From Tubiluchus corallicola (taxonomy: Eukaryota > Animalia > Priapulida), in contig JAQGDQ010000108.1 of NCBI GenBank assembly GCA_030141605.1, positions 372,001-436,000 on the forward strand: 64,000 bases of DNA, given 5' to 3'. This document shows, one piece after another, positions 34,201 to 49,400 of this stretch. A program made the position numbers and the translations under genes. Under the pieces are notes generated by a model. The model was not told the DNA's origin. It did not search any database and was given only the letters and a program-made list of their open reading frames with translations. Positions within the stretch are counted from its first letter, which is position 1. Each line of letters opens with the position of its first letter.

Positions 34201-37200
34201 CTATGTATTTCAACAAAGCTATTGGTAAAAGAAATGTATGACACCTAAGTGTCGGTTCCTGACAGGCTGCTAGATGTATGGCAGATAACACATGTATGGC
34301 ATAGTAGTTATCTTGTGGGAATCTACTGAGATCATACAATCTGTTCCTATTGCAACCAGTGTCTAGACTTTGGAAAGAAAAAATTATCAATGGTGAAACA
34401 GCTAGGCTTAGTTTGGACAAATGGGCTATCCTAGTATTTCATAGCTGGTTGCTGTTCATCTTCTTTCTAGTTCTAAGAAAAAAGTGAAGGCCACTTCTGG
34501 TGCAAGACTAGTAGTTACAGCATTCACCATCTGCATCATTTCATTTCCATCATCATTATTTAAACAGCATAATTGATTAACACACAACAAGAAATTCTAA
34601 AAATGCTATACAGGAAAAACCACAAATTACCTGTAATTTTAACTACCTATATACTACATTAATGCTTCAATAAATACTTACTTTTTATGCATAATAAAAA
34701 AGATTTTAAATAAATTCAAGCAATAAACTTGTAAAACATTTAAATTATGTGGCTTAGCACCAGCAACTTTTCAATGACATACCAGTGGAACACAGTCTCA
34801 TGCATTCACTTTATATCCTGCGCAACGATCACATTACAATTATCATGAAGTACAAACTTACTGTATTAAGTGTAATATTACATTTACAATAATTTCATCA
34901 ATTTCAAATGTTTTCTTACCTGTCGCCACCACCAAATCTGCGACCTCCTCCAAATCCTCCACCTCGTCGTCCGTATCCACCTCCCCCATAACCCCCGCCC
35001 CCATAGCCTCCTCCTCCACCCCAATACGGTCGACCTCCTGGTCCTCGTGGATTTCCTCGAGCATGTTCCAAAACGACCCTGCAACAAAATTGTTAAAACT
35101 AAAATAAAACAGCCACAACTTTGAAATTACTGCACCCTGATCCTGTAGTCAAGACCAGTTCTATCGTTCTAAAGTTTAACTTAATCCAGCATCATTTTCA
35201 CCAATTATGTGGTAAACTGCCCTGTAATGAAGTAAGTACATGTAATTTTAACTAGTTTTCAGCAATGTTGCTCCCATTTATCTAGATTTTCATATAAATC
35301 AACATGTTGCATAATATACCTTAAATGATTATTGATAGACATAAATATTAAGAATGTTACATAATGAATTAATATAATCTGGTGAAATAATGTAATTATC
35401 TCTAGGAAAAAACTGTGCATTCACAATTATAAACTAACTTTTAATCTTGTTTCTGGAAATGAACATGCACTCACATTTAAAAATTGTCTTAATCTATCTT
35501 AATTTTAAGCCATCAACATTTGCAATATAGTTACAACAACATTCTTCATAATTCTCCTTAATACAAATGCATTTCATAAAAAAATTTCAACTTGCTTTAC
35601 CCCACAGGTATTTTTTCCTTAAAAAATACAGGAGTCATATCTAGCCTGCTAGGGACACAGACCAATCCAGTTTTCCAAAACTTCATCTTAAAAGTCTACA
35701 ATTCTCATCAAAAGTTATTGTGTGAATTTAGGAAAATTTTTGCTTTTAGTTCTAGTGTTCATCTCAGTGAAACCATTTGATAATTACTGACAAGATGCCA
35801 TATAAACTTAAAAAACTAGCCATTCACCCACTGTTTTTTGCTTTTTTACTATCAAGCCATACCTACAGTTATGGATGTCACAGGTATTTTCTTTGTAAGC
35901 ACCAGCTAAGATGATCAGAAAGCAGCAAAATGGCACAGAATAGCATGTTAAGACAACAGAAAAAAGCGATCGAGTCCCAGAGCACTCTTGTTAAATGAAT
36001 GTTAATGAATGATGCCGTATCAGTTTAAATTGTTAAAATACGTTCAGAGGATAAATCTCTGTCTACAAAATAGCAGAATTTATAATGCAGCAGCAACAGG
36101 ACGTAGAACAAGTATTAAATCCCTATCTCAGTTAATAAATGGAAAGTAAAAGCAAAGTGATAAGTAATCCATCACATGATTCAACCACACGAATAAAATT
36201 ATTAGACGAATTTACAGGAATTACAGAAAATCAGTTGCCCATTGCTGTTGGGGGTTTATAAATTATTGACATAAAGAGTCAGTAATAGAAACTCAATACT
36301 GAAAAAAAAATTTAGTCCCATGTTTTAAGGTTGTTGATATACATAATGTCAACCAATATTATAATTCAATCACATCTGGCTATTATAACTAAAACGATAG
36401 TTAAGTAAATTACTTTACCTTTCGCCACACAGCTCTTTTCCATTTAATTCATAAACTGCATCATCGGCATCTCTGTGGTCTTCAAACTCCTTCAATGAAT
36501 AAGGCATTTTAAACTATAGTATAACCTTCACTCTCGCATTACCTCAACATGTGTTGCTAAGTAAGGATGGATAAGATAATTTATCAACAAAAATTATTGA
36601 TTTGTAAAACAAACACTTTTTATAACAATGCTGCAACAGTCGCTGTGTCAAAATACACATCAGTGAGAGGGAGGTTTGCAAAATATAAATCTCATTTCAT
36701 TTCAGTGTTGCTCACAAACGGAGAGCAGTATTCGGAGAACTTTTCAAAATTTTGTATAAACAATTACATATATTTGTAGCTGAAACATTTTGCACAATTA
36801 TATTTAAAGCACTAAATACAGCAAAGAAAGACAAATGGAAACTACATGAACTACATGTAAATGCTTTGAGTTAGAATGAAAAATAATAATTAGAAACATT
36901 CTACAGAAAACTTTAATTCTAAACATAGCCATTTACATTAAACGATTAAGGTATGCGAGCGCTTATTCCTACCTTTAAAGGACAAGAAAACAAAATTCAT
37001 GCATAGAGCTTAAAAGATTTGTCATGAGATTTTGCATTAAGCCAGTTTTTACACAGAACTTCTATGAGCAGTAATGCTGTATCAATTTCTAAATTTAAGT
37101 TCCTGCACTGACAGTTAAGCGCAGTCATTTTAATGGTCAATCGCTGAATAAAAAGTTGAAGCTGACTCAGATAACATTGTGTAAAGCTTGAAATAATAAT

Positions 37201-37450
37201 GACAGCATTCGTAGTAGGGGGCCATTCTTTAAAATCCTCTTATCTTTCACTAGATATATAAAACATAAAACTGATTAATCGAGACAGTAACTTGTACACA
37301 CTGACTCATAAAATATGTCAAACTTACCACAAAGCCAAACCCGTTTTTCATCATAACTTCTCGGATTCGCCCATAACCTTTGAAAAATCTTTCTATGTCT
37401 TTCTCGCGAGCTTGAAAACTCAAGCGACCCACATAAACTCTAGTACCCAT
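28297..37450 (-). CDS. SRSF6: Serine/arginine-rich splicing factor of the SRSF4/5/6 (B52/SRp55) group, 303 aa, 7 coding exons
   Basis: Exons 37450-37328, 36489-36419, 35078-34920, 33982-33910, 31096-31023, 29165-28971, 28513-28297. All are GT-AG and phase-compatible (912 nt). RRM1 ([31 protein letters not shown]), Gly-rich linker, pseudo-RRM SWQDLKD and RS domain. A 5'UTR acceptor lies at 37461. Confidence 0.95.
30505..30946. mobile_element. hAT-like MITE in SR gene intron 5, with an apparent 6-bp TSD
   Basis: TIRs CAGGTATGAGAAT / ATTCTCATCCCTG (12/13 match). TATAAG directly flanks both ends (30499-30504, 30947-30952). Internal G-rich tract. Confidence 0.65.
31683..31951 (-). promoter_or_regulatory. 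Candidate poison (NMD-inducing) cassette exon in SR gene intron 4
   Basis: Long polypyrimidine tract plus TTTCAG acceptor, and GAG|GTAATC donor. In frame after SWQ it reads LSCPRSFSY* (TGA 31924-31922). GC-richer than the flanking intron. Confidence 0.65.
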
Positions 37451-38229
37451 GGTAGCTCTTTCTAGAAAACAAGCGCATGTATAAAGATCTACTTTCAACA
37501 CGTTCATTTAATTCATTTTACCCGAAACAATGCGTTACACTAATCAGAATTTCTCACCAATTTGTATTGAGAAATCAATTTGTATTGAAGCTGTTTCGTA
37601 ACTCCACAAGCTACAGGAATATATAAAAAATACTTTTTTCAATAACTTATTAAACCAAACTAGAGTCGACAATTAAGTAACAATCAAAACAATACAAACT
37701 TGTTAAAGTCGCACGCTCTACCAACACCATGCACGCACACATGTAGCGCACACACAAAGACAACCATATGGTCCATACCACATCCATAACATAAGGAGCC
37801 TGGCCAGGATTCAGATTTCCTACTCTTCAATCCTTAAACCTGGTCAGACGAAGCCAGATGCGCAGATTCACCAAAGTGACAATAAAGCGAAAGTTAACAC
37901 CTTTTTAAAACAATGTAACGTAATCATTTATTTAGCCAAAATTTGTATTTTGGTATGTTTCACTAAATGAAACCACATTTACCACAACAACAACCCAGAT
38001 TTAACGGGCAAACGTGCTTCTCGAGTTATTTAGATTGAACACCAAGCCGGTTAATAGATGTACCTGGCATTTTTTAACACCCTGGACTTACCTGTGTTAG
38101 CAGTGATAAAATGTGCTGATTATAAAGTTGAAGCAATTAGAAGAATTTCATGATTTCTTGTCATGTTTTTAGATCTCAGTGTGCTCTAAAAGTAGCCTCA
38201 TGAAATAAGTTGAATTCTCACACTAATTT

Positions 38230-38263
<34 letters not shown>

Positions 38264-41200
38264 ATGAATTTGACAGATATTTTTCCTTTATAATTTTTAT
38301 CATAATTTTAAAAATTTGTAATAATTTTGGAAAATTTCTGCATTTGTTTTAGGAACTAAAGATCTAATGGCAAATCCTACACGAAAGGAATGCCTGTGTT
38401 TGCAGTGTCTATACCAGTAATTCAACCACAGGTCATATAGCTAAAATAAAATCAATAGTACCTAACCAAAATATGTATAATGCTAACTAATATTGCAAAC
38501 TATTCCTTTATTGTCCACTAACTTAATACAAAATACTTAATACACCATATATAATATGGTTCTACCTCAAAAACCATAGCAGCTACACTTTTGAAGCCAG
38601 GTACTACTGGCACACCAAGCATAACCCACGTGGTTAAGTGGTCAAATACATGCTTATTCAAAAGAACAGTTAAGTGCCATAATTTCCAAGTTTAAAAAAA
38701 CAAAATTATCGCTTTGTATAAAGTCAAATGAATTTACAACAAACTCTTAACAAAACAATATAAAATAAATAACTAGAACACCACCAAATAATGACAAACA
38801 AAAACTGTTATCTAACTTTTACCAAAAATTAGAACTGAATCAGACCTAAATCACTAGAAGCCCTGTTTGCCAGAAATCCATCCAAACATGTGTAGCAAGT
38901 CACGATTATCTCGAAACATACCAGCCTTCAGTAGTCCCAATATTGGGTATCCCCTATTTTACATAAGCTTAATCAGCTTTAATGCCATTAACAAAAACTT
39001 ATCTTTATTGGAATTCGTTCTTGCTAAGCTAAGTCATTGACAAGCAGAAACTCTAAATTCCATTTCAAAAGGAATATTGCTTCTAGGAAAGGTATACATT
39101 ACCATAGAAAATGGAAAATCGTGTACTTTATGAAATACTTCAGTGCCAAAACACTGCTTAAACACAAACAGTTACATCAAAGTAAGCTGAACGGGTATTA
39201 TCAACAATATAACTTCTATTTGCAAGCAACCTATCTGCATAAATATTGTGAATAATGTTGTAAAATAACATAACTGAGCAAACAATGTCATCAATGCATC
39301 TACAAGTAAGTGAAAGTTGTTTATCCTACTCGAAATATGTTGCTTAGCTTAATAGCCAGTTTTGTTAGATTGTTTTGTATCAACTAGAATAGACATAAAT
39401 TTTGTAATGGCATTCTGTTTGTTTTGTGTGGCATTTTGTAAAGCAATACTGCTTACTTTGCGCACTGCCTACAATCTCTTCTAATTTTTTATTACACTTA
39501 ATCATTTTATTACTTTTTGTATGGAACGTGCAGCGCGCGCTCTTCTCTTCATTGCCACTGGTTCACACTGGCAGTTTGCTCAGAGTTTTGATACTGCTTC
39601 TCACATTTACCATGAACATCCCTATATGCGTCTGAAATTGTTACAATTTACAAAGAATATGCCTGCGCAATTAAGATATACAACCAAAAGTGTATCTGAA
39701 TAGAAAAGTTTGTCGGAAAATAGCCTTCAACTAATGTTATCTTTGAAATATATCGACAATAAACAAAATACTTACTACTGAAGTAGAATAACTAATTCGC
39801 TATTAAGCTGAAATCAAACTATAAAACAGCAATCGGCACAATAATTCTTAGAACAAAGTATTCTTTGATAAGGTATTTTTAATTTCTCACACACTTGAAA
39901 CTAAAATGTCGTTTTTCCCAATGGCCACAAAATCTATTGTCATTTACGGCGCTTTCTTCATCATCATCATTTAGTACACTCCAGCTATTAAAGAGCATTT
40001 CGGTAATTCGTTCTCACCATACTCACCATGCAGTAATGTGTGACAGATTATATTATTGAATAACGAATTTCACGCACCGTCTATAAAAATTTTAATTTTA
40101 TTAATTTTAAAGGACAAAAAGCACAGAATTTCCTACGTAAAAAAACTTCTAACAGTAATTATACGAATTTAGGTGAAAATGGTACAAGAAAAACTGGTAC
40201 AAGTAAATATGCCGTAGGACAAATGGAAAAGTAAGTGAAAATGGCACATTTAGTAAAATATGTTTTTTTGCATTAAATTAGTATAATATTAAGATTAGAG
40301 CAAAACATTAATATTTAATCATTATTACAGTAAAAATTGATGACAATTAAGGCACAAGGGTTTTACTCCATACAATACAAACATCTCATCATCAGATGTA
40401 AAATATAATGTATAAAATGTAAAATGCAGTGAGTTTACACAGTCATTGGAAAACAATGAAGCCTGATAAAAATGGTTAAAGAAACTGCCAACTACAAATG
40501 CCAGTATACAGTGGCGGCTCGTAGGTAAAATTAGTGGTGGTGCTGCAAAATTAAAATTTTTTTAGCCATTGTTTTAATGATGTGATTTTAAACAAACTAA
40601 CTAATTTCAACATAACCTTGATAAACTCCTAAACAAATGTTGTTGTTGTCTTTGTTATTGTTGTTGTTGTTATATTATTACTATCATCAGTATCATCATC
40701 GTCATCATTATTATTATTTATGGGTAATTGTAGCTCGACTGGTAAGTAAAAAATTACAACAAAATACAATAATTTAAATTACCAAAAGTAGTCCCTGTAC
40801 GAAGGGGAAAACATAGTGCAGCATATCATACAGTAAAATAATGTAAGTGTTATTATCATTAATATTAAACTTTATGTACCCATTGACAATAACAATTAAC
40901 AGAAAGTTCAAACTCATAAAAAGACGTTACGAGTTTTGGTAGAGATAGCTGTGAAGGCGAATTTTAAAAGTAGTTAAGTAACATTATATGTATATATGTA
41001 TATACCCAGTCTTGGTGTATCGCTTGCATTGTTGTTGCTATTGCTCTCGCGTGCCCTTTTTGTACCTTGAAGACCATTCTACATAATATTCATTACGAGG
41101 AACACACAATGATTAGCTAATTAGCAAACAGCTTTTTCTAGCAATCACTAGCAATTTCTCCAGAAGCATGCATAACATTTAAGTAAGGTGAGTGTGTGAA

Positions 41201-43495
41201 TGACCGTATGGTCGTACACTCACCTCGCACTAGTCAAATTATTTTATTTAAAATTCATTAATGTGTTTGATATTGTATTTTTTGTTGTGTGAAATAAAAT
41301 TCATAGTTCATAGTATTAATATGCTAGCCTGCATATTACTGCTAGCGTAGTGATTTTGCTTTGAATCTGTTACTTACCTAGTGATCAACCCGCTACAAGT
41401 ATTCCAGTTACTCAGGAATGTATGGAAGCTACATGCTTATTTGCTTGAATGCTGTTTATCTTTTATGGCTCTCCCTACTTTGCACAGAATTGAGCGTCAA
41501 CTGTATATTACATGCTGCATGATAGTTATTTTCTTATTACACAAATTATCTGTATAAAAGCAAATATACATGTGCGTGCTACATTTTTTCCTGCTTTTCC
41601 ACTAAATTTTGCGCCATTTTTTCCTGTGGCATTTTTCCTGTGTCATTTTTACTGCGCACCATAATAATATTTATAACTCATTAATTGCTTGATTTTGGTG
41701 AAGCAGCCAAAAGTTCGGAACCATTTCGTTAAGTTTTCTCTGACTTTCAAGCTGCACCCTTGTGCAAATTAGTTAAAACATGAATTCCAGAAATAGCACA
41801 AGGAAGCTGTGCTCAATTTTTTTTGCTATGAATAATATTTACATATATTAATCAGTATGTGATATTATGACTCACTGTTCAATTCATGAGAAGCATCTTG
41901 ATGCGGTTCGGCATAGAGCACGAGTCTACCAATATTGAGCAGCCCTGGAATACTTTTTTTTATCTCTGAGCAAAACTTGGATTGGTGAGTTGAATTAGTT
42001 TCTCCATCGGGCTTCTCCGCATAGATTCCTTACAAACGGACATGTGACAATTCATTTGTCCATTTCCAGCCAGGCAGTAAATTTTACCTTGCATGCTTTT
42101 CAATACTTGTTATTAAAGCCTGCATAAACGAATTTGATCACACAATAATCGCCAACCAAGGTTAGTGCAACGTAACCAAGGCTGCAGCCCCATAGTTAAG
42201 AGAACGTGGGCCTCAATAATGTCCATGTAATTAGCTACTCATTTTTTTAACTCTTAGCGTTCTGGTGTACAAGGATTACCTCCTCTCGGCACAGAATTCT
42301 ATGTTATCCTGTGATTTATTGCTACTGCATAATGTATATTGTTAAACTCTCTCAAAATTCAATTGTATATAGTTATACAGCTAGCACAGACACTTATAAA
42401 CAACAAACTACGATATAAGCTGTTTGTTTTTACTTTTAGCGGATTTAAGTGAATATATAGACAAACTGTTTAAATTCCAATGGAAAAACAAAATTCGCAA
42501 TGTTATGGTATTTTGAGTCCAAAACGATGTTGTCGCTTGCTATATTACCTACTTGCCCTTTTTAACCAATGTTAGTAAAATAAAATTACTCTTTCTCATA
42601 GAAATTAAGTACCGAATTTCGCCGCATTCACGGCGTTTTATGCAGACACTACAGAAACAGTGCAGTCACAATTGAAATAACTTCTGGGGAATTAAATTTT
42701 GCAAAGAAAAGTCTGCATATGTGCGTATCTGCGCAGGTATAGTGAAGACGAGGCCTAAAAGCTCTAAAACACAATTAAGTGCTGTTAGAGCAACTCCACA
42801 TTACAAAAGCGTTTTGTTGTTATTACATTAGTTTCGTGATACTCCATGTTTGCAATTACAGTAATATTGTCTTGTAAATGCTATAGTAATTATGTTTACA
42901 CGAAATAAATCCGACAAATAAAAACAATGGCAAATTCCAAAATCAAAAAATTATAAAATGTTCAGTTAAGCTGAGACCCAAACGTATTGTGAGTAGACCC
43001 ACTGAGAAAGAACTGAAACTACTTGGTTTGGCTGGTTCGCATCTATGCGCTGAGTTGCTGACAGATACGAACCAAAAAGTTATAAAACGCAATATAACAG
43101 ATTAGTATACTATCATAGTAATTTCTTAGTAAACTAATAATGTGGTATATGGACAGAGTGATGAATGTTGACTGATGACACGTTTCACTTTCATCATCAT
43201 CGACTCTCGTCATTGTTCATCACGCAAATTCTATGCTCAGGGCTTTTTTGCAGCATGAACATATTTGCTGCTTCGAAGAGAAGAGCGATTGCCGACATTG
43301 CTCGGTTGGTGCCGTCGGTTTGCAACTTTGTATTATTTGCAATTTCTTGCGTAGCGTTATTTTTAAAACATTATTATTGCTTCTCAATCTTCTAAAAGTT
43401 CATAACATTTAGCTTTAAGATAATGAACTGAAGATCTGACCAGGCACCCTTAGTCTTCGTTTTTCTTCCACTTTCAGTAAAATTAATGTTAACTG

Positions 43496-46400
43496 ATGTT
43501 TGCCTCAGCTGCTAGTGCTAGGTGTAGTGCTAATATTGTTCTGGGGTTAATTCTTAAGGCGCGGCATTTTCCAACAAGACTATTGGTCGGCACGTATGCT
43601 TTATTGGCACTAGAAAACAGTATTCAGTTCAACAAACCCATTTTACAAACAGCTGCTAACATAGTGAATATTGCAAGTTGCCCTGCAGAAATGGAATGGC
43701 AAAAAGGAGAGCTGCACCGTGAGCACAAGAGAGAAATGCATGCGACAAGATCTGCCTTCGCTAAAGATGAAAAGGGTATACAGAAATTATATGCTTGAGA
43801 CACTGCCATAATTCCGTTTCATGTACTTTATTGATAATAACCTACACACAGGTCTTACCAACTGGAGCACAGAATCATTTGAACAAGTTACACTAGGGCT
43901 AAATATTTTTTTAGTGTGAATGTTTTCCTAAATCTTCTCATAATTATTATTAGTCATGAAACACCAGTTGTATATAAAAATTCACACTTAAGAGTTAATT
44001 TAGCTTTAATTTGTAGTTCAAGTGGGTGCGGGGATAGTGGAATGCAGTCTCCTATAGTTAGCAAAGTCATTTGGTTTGACAGAGATACTGTGAGAAATTG
44101 CTATTAAATTATCTATCTATAGAACAATTCAGTGAACCAACACTAAGCATTTAAGCCATGATAGTTGAACTTGTGTCTAAGTCAGTTCAGAATCAATATC
44201 TATGCATGTACGTCCCTCAACTCTAAATTCATGATCAGCCCAGTATCCTTGCTTGTAATTCTAATTCTATATTTTACTAACACCTTTTGTTTCTCATTTA
44301 GAAAAGTATTTGCATATGCCACTAGAATCAAAAAGAGAACATTATGCTTGTCGTAAAGATTATGTTACACTAGATGCAGTTTCAACTTGGCAACAGTATG
44401 CTGCTGACAATGCATATCATTTCAGCAAATCTGGTAAGTATGACCTGTAAAACACACTTGATTTCCAAATTAACTTTGAACTTTTTATTCATGTATATTA
44501 TGTTTTTTGGTTACTAAATCCACCTGCTTATTGTGACCATTGTGCCTGGAATGAATCTTCTTGTGTTTTTGTTAAATCCAAATGAAATATATAAACCCTC
44601 CTAGTGCACTGTTTCTGGAATTAAAAGAGCAGAGGCAAATCGATAAGCTGGTGCATTTTATTGGCTGTCTTATTGCCAATTTCAAGTCAGTTGGCGTGTT
44701 ATACACAACACACGGACTGGTAGCCTAACACACAAGTGGCTGCTGTCATTTTCACATGTTTTATTTGGCCAAATAGTTACTACTCTTATTTAATATTTTA
44801 TTCAAGTAATTTTAAAGGCACTTTGAGTATTAGTTTGGCTTAGTGATTTCATTATACTAAGTGACTTTAATTATGCTCTCCATATATTGCATTGGGAAAA
44901 ATGGCATATGTTTCACAGGGAAACTGGTAAAATCGTGCACTATACAAATAAGGTCAATCCGAATAACAAACAAATAAGGTATCCAGTCAATTAGTAAATC
45001 CACTTAGCCATGCACCAAAGTGGATTTATTACCCAAATGTATTTCGAAATCCTCCCTGATGGTTTAATCTCCCTAATCATTTAATTCACTTTATCTTATG
45101 GTAAAATTAAATCACATTTTATTTCCTCTCCGTGCACATAAGATATAACAAAAATACCATACTTGGCTGGTTGTGTGTGACTTTTTATTGCTGCCAGAAA
45201 TTTAGTTAAACTATTTATGCTTTTAATGTTGAGTATAATTCTGCCTAATTAACTATTGGATGGTTAGTAGAATGCTAAGGCCCGTTTCATATTGAGGATA
45301 CAAGGATTATGACTCATGGAATTGCTAGCTCCAGCTACTTTCAGTTGTTGGCTTATAGCTATTACTCGCCATCATGGACAGAGAGGAATGCGTAATACTT
45401 TACTCAGCACTTATTATTATTACAACAGTGTTAATTACCATCATTATATGCATTGTCAAAGCTTGTTGTGTGTTGCATAATTTCTCTAGAAGAAGGGATT
45501 TTAAAGCATTTGTCTTCTCCTGTGACACCTTGTTAGAAAATAATCTGGCAAACACCGAGTTAATTTACATAAGCTTGCCTGTAGTGCGATGACCATACAA
45601 AATCGCATTGGTAACTTTTTAAATCCAGAAGCTTCACTATCATGATAAGAACAGGCCAGCTTTGTAAAATGATATTTTCGGTAAGCATGTCTAAATTAAG
45701 TTAGTGCTGTAACAGTTGTCGTTTACAAAGAACAATTAATAATGTTAGTCAGTGTGGCGTCAGACCTGTTTGTTTTCTTGGAACTACTAACCACTTCAAA
45801 ATTTGAGAATATAAATTGATAAAATAAATATATGCAGGCATTATTTTTCTTTTTCCTGAATATAGCCATCACTGTTGCATTAGTAAAGCAAAAAATTATC
45901 TGTTTGATAAAGAAGAAAACTTAAAAATTTATAATTTTATCCTGAAATATGTTAATTGGTACCCGATAAACAAGAAAAAAGTAATTGAAAACTTAAATTT
46001 TAATGTGAATTCCTCAATGAATCCTCACGAAAATGGAACATGCACTATTTCTATCATACGGCAAATTTCCTCATGAACAGGATGCATAGCTTCTAGTTGA
46101 TATCAGAATTATACATGTGAAATTCCACACAGAAAAATTCTTCATTAGGCGCCTGTGTCTCATGTGCCATAGTAAGTAATGTGTTGCATTTCCCGGAGGA
46201 ATTGTGCAAGGAATTTTTCATCAAGAAACTTTGCCACATATCGTCAGTTTGAAATGGGCCTAAGCCTCCACTGTTAGTAATTTAGTAATGCATTTGGTTT
46301 ATTGCTGTCAAGACATACAAGTCAGCAGTTATGATTTTGTTTCATTTAGTTGTGCAGACAAATATTACTGAAGACGAAAATCTGAATCAAAAGATATCAT

Positions 46401-49400
46401 TATGGAGAGGGGATATTACAAGTTTGGAAATAGATGCTATCGTCAATGCTGCAAACCCAACACTTATGGGTGGTGGAGGAGGTAAGGCAGGCTTCACTTG
46501 CTGGTAAAGGGGGTTGCTTCCTTTCATTCATTAATTCAGCTTAAAAATCTGCGTGTTTAATTTTGTAGATATGCCTTCAACAAGATTAAGTTCATTGTAA
46601 TGTATGGCATTTAAACATTGTCAATTTATCTTACTTTGTACAATTTAGTTGATGGAGCAATTCACCGTGCCGCTGGTCCAAGCTTAAAAGCCGAATGTGC
46701 TACACTGCAAGGTTGTGAGACTGGCAATGCTAAAATTACAGGCGGTTACAAACTACCAGCAAAATGTATGTTTCACAATCTTTGCTTATGTATTCATAAT
46801 TCACTACATTTCACGTTTTTACAAGCTTTTTCTAGTCAAGTGACTCGCACTAAATGTTAACGCTTACGTTACTTGATACCATTTGTACACCGAAGTCGCT
46901 AGCCTAGGAAGTGATTTTGTTTGCATATGTTTCATGATAATCGGGAGAAAATAATAGCATTCTCTGAATCTCCGTATATTAGCAAAATATACTAAGCGAA
47001 ACTGGCCAGTTTGGATATTCCATTTGCAGTTCAAAGTACACCATTGCAGTACAATGTTTACACCATACTCTATAGCTCACATCTCCTTTTACAATCTTGT
47101 AAGACAGTTTTGTTGTCTAAATGTTATAATATGGCTGTTACTTTTCTTCATACTGTAGCAATAATAGCCTTATAGGAAACTAAGTCACTTTAAGTAAAAT
47201 CCTGTTTTATGCTGACACTGACATGGTGCTGTTTTTTTTTTTAATATGGTTTAAAAACAACACAGCAGGCACTTGTGACATCTAATATGTGATTGTTTAA
47301 TATATTTTTCATTTTATGGGTTTCAACCATGAATAATGAGGTTTTGTGAGCAAATTATATCATTCAATATTGCTATTCAGAATCATGAAATTTGATTCCA
47401 GAATAACCTCGTAAGGGAAGATTAACCAAGTATCGCAGTTGAAAAATCGAATTCGTATTTGAACTGTTCTGAGTATGCAAGATTACATATGAGTTTTAAA
47501 ACAACTTACAGGGTTACTAATTGTTTAGGTTCTATTGCTTACTGGTACTGGCAACATTTCTGCTAAATGCATGCATTGTTATTCAACATCACAAAAATTT
47601 TGATGAAATGAGCGTCATCTGTTTGTAGTAATGATATGCGGTTACTGTTGTTGGCAGAATTTGCTGGTGCATAACATTATTGTGAACAAAAGAATATCTG
47701 ATTTACTCATTATTCAAAGCGTCCTGCCCTCTGACTGCTACCTGTCAGTCCAGGTATTTTTGCATTTTACATGCACTAAAATAAAACTATCTTCTAGATG
47801 TAGGGGAGATCAGTAGCCATCCTGTGTTATGCATGAATACCACTTTACGCATAAGATAGATACCCATAACCCACTAAATGAAATTAGTAATGTACTGAAT
47901 TAGAAATTAGTAATCTTATCTTATCTTGCCTTATCGTTTCTTAGATCTTATAGCCTTACAATCTGTAGGAACCTTACAAAGGGCATAGAGATCTTTTGAT
48001 CTTTAAATTTTTAAAGTTTTGTATGTAACTAAATAGCATAAGCATGATTTTAACAAGTAAGCATACATAGGGTCCTTATAACTAAACTGGTAAGATCTTG
48101 GGAACATGTTCTCTAAAGACTCTTTTTCTGAGTTATAAAGCCTATATTATTGAATAAATGTAGTTGTTCACAGCACCAGACTACATTCTCCTGAAACAAA
48201 AGGATGCCAAACTGGTCAGTGGTGTACTTGTGGTAGTTTGGAAATAAAATCAAATTGAAAAGTTGAAGGTTTGTATTATGTAGTTCTTGAATGTAAAAGA
48301 CCTTTGTTAGATTTCCAGTGGAACAGACGATTTTGATACCTTTCATATTTTCTAGTTTATAACATATGTTACTTAATTTGACTTTTACTGCTTAACCCAA
48401 TTTCTGTCGCTAATAAAATGCCTTTGTTTTCAATTTGTACCAGGTTAGCGAGTTGTTTGAACTTGAATGTAACAGCATTCTTCTTATTAATACTACGACA
48501 GTATCGAAGTCAGGGATACTTTCATTAGTCAAACTTTATTTTTTTCAATACTTTTTATTGCAGATGTTATACACACAGTGGGACCTCAGGGTGAGAAGCC
48601 TGATTTGCTGCAAGGTTGTTATTATACTTGCATGAAAATTGCCTTAGAAAACAAAATAAGGAGCATCGCCTTTCCATGCATATCAACTGGAATATACGGT
48701 AATTGACAACTTTGCTAATCTTTTTTCTTATTCATTATTGCCATGTGTTTACATGTGCATACGTACGTGTGTGAAATTTTTTGCCAGAAACTTTTTTCTA
48801 ATAACTACAACCTTACTTGCTTTAAAATAACCAATACCTTTTTTTGCCAACAAAACAAGATCCCATTTTGCTATTCTCAATTTCTAACTGCAGCTTCTTG
48901 CCTTGAGTACTGGTTTTGGTTTGCTTTTTTGTCTGTTTTGGAAATAAATCAGTTTGGTAATTATATTTTATATTATCGAAAAAGTTCCTCTTCATATTTT
49001 GTCTTCCATGAATAGTTTTAGCTAGCAATGGAAAATATAGCTCAGTATTACTGCATCATTTACATGTGTAAAAATTTGTTGCATATTCATGTTAATAAAT
49101 ATATGTGATATTAAGCAACATTTCTTGCTTTAGGTTATCCAAACAAGAATGCTGCACCTGTGGCTGTTAGAACCATTAGAAATTTTCTACTGGAAAATCC
49201 AGACAAGGTATATTTTCTTTCTGAAAGTTGTAGTCTGTTGTTCAATATTTTCTAATTGAAAAGTAGGCCAACCACTCTTGCCATTCTCAAACAACTATTT
49301 TATTTTCTTGAAAATTGTGCCATTGTTATTGCTTATATTATTAGTTGCTAACAATTTATTGTTCTTCGTAACCAGAGGTGTGCCGATTCGGCAAGCAAAC

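Noticed and set aside
37800-37847. Hairpin CTGGCCAGG..CCTGGTCAG in the SR 5' intron as snoRNA or miRNA
   Set aside because: Only a 9-bp stem, with no convincing C/D or H/ACA boxes.
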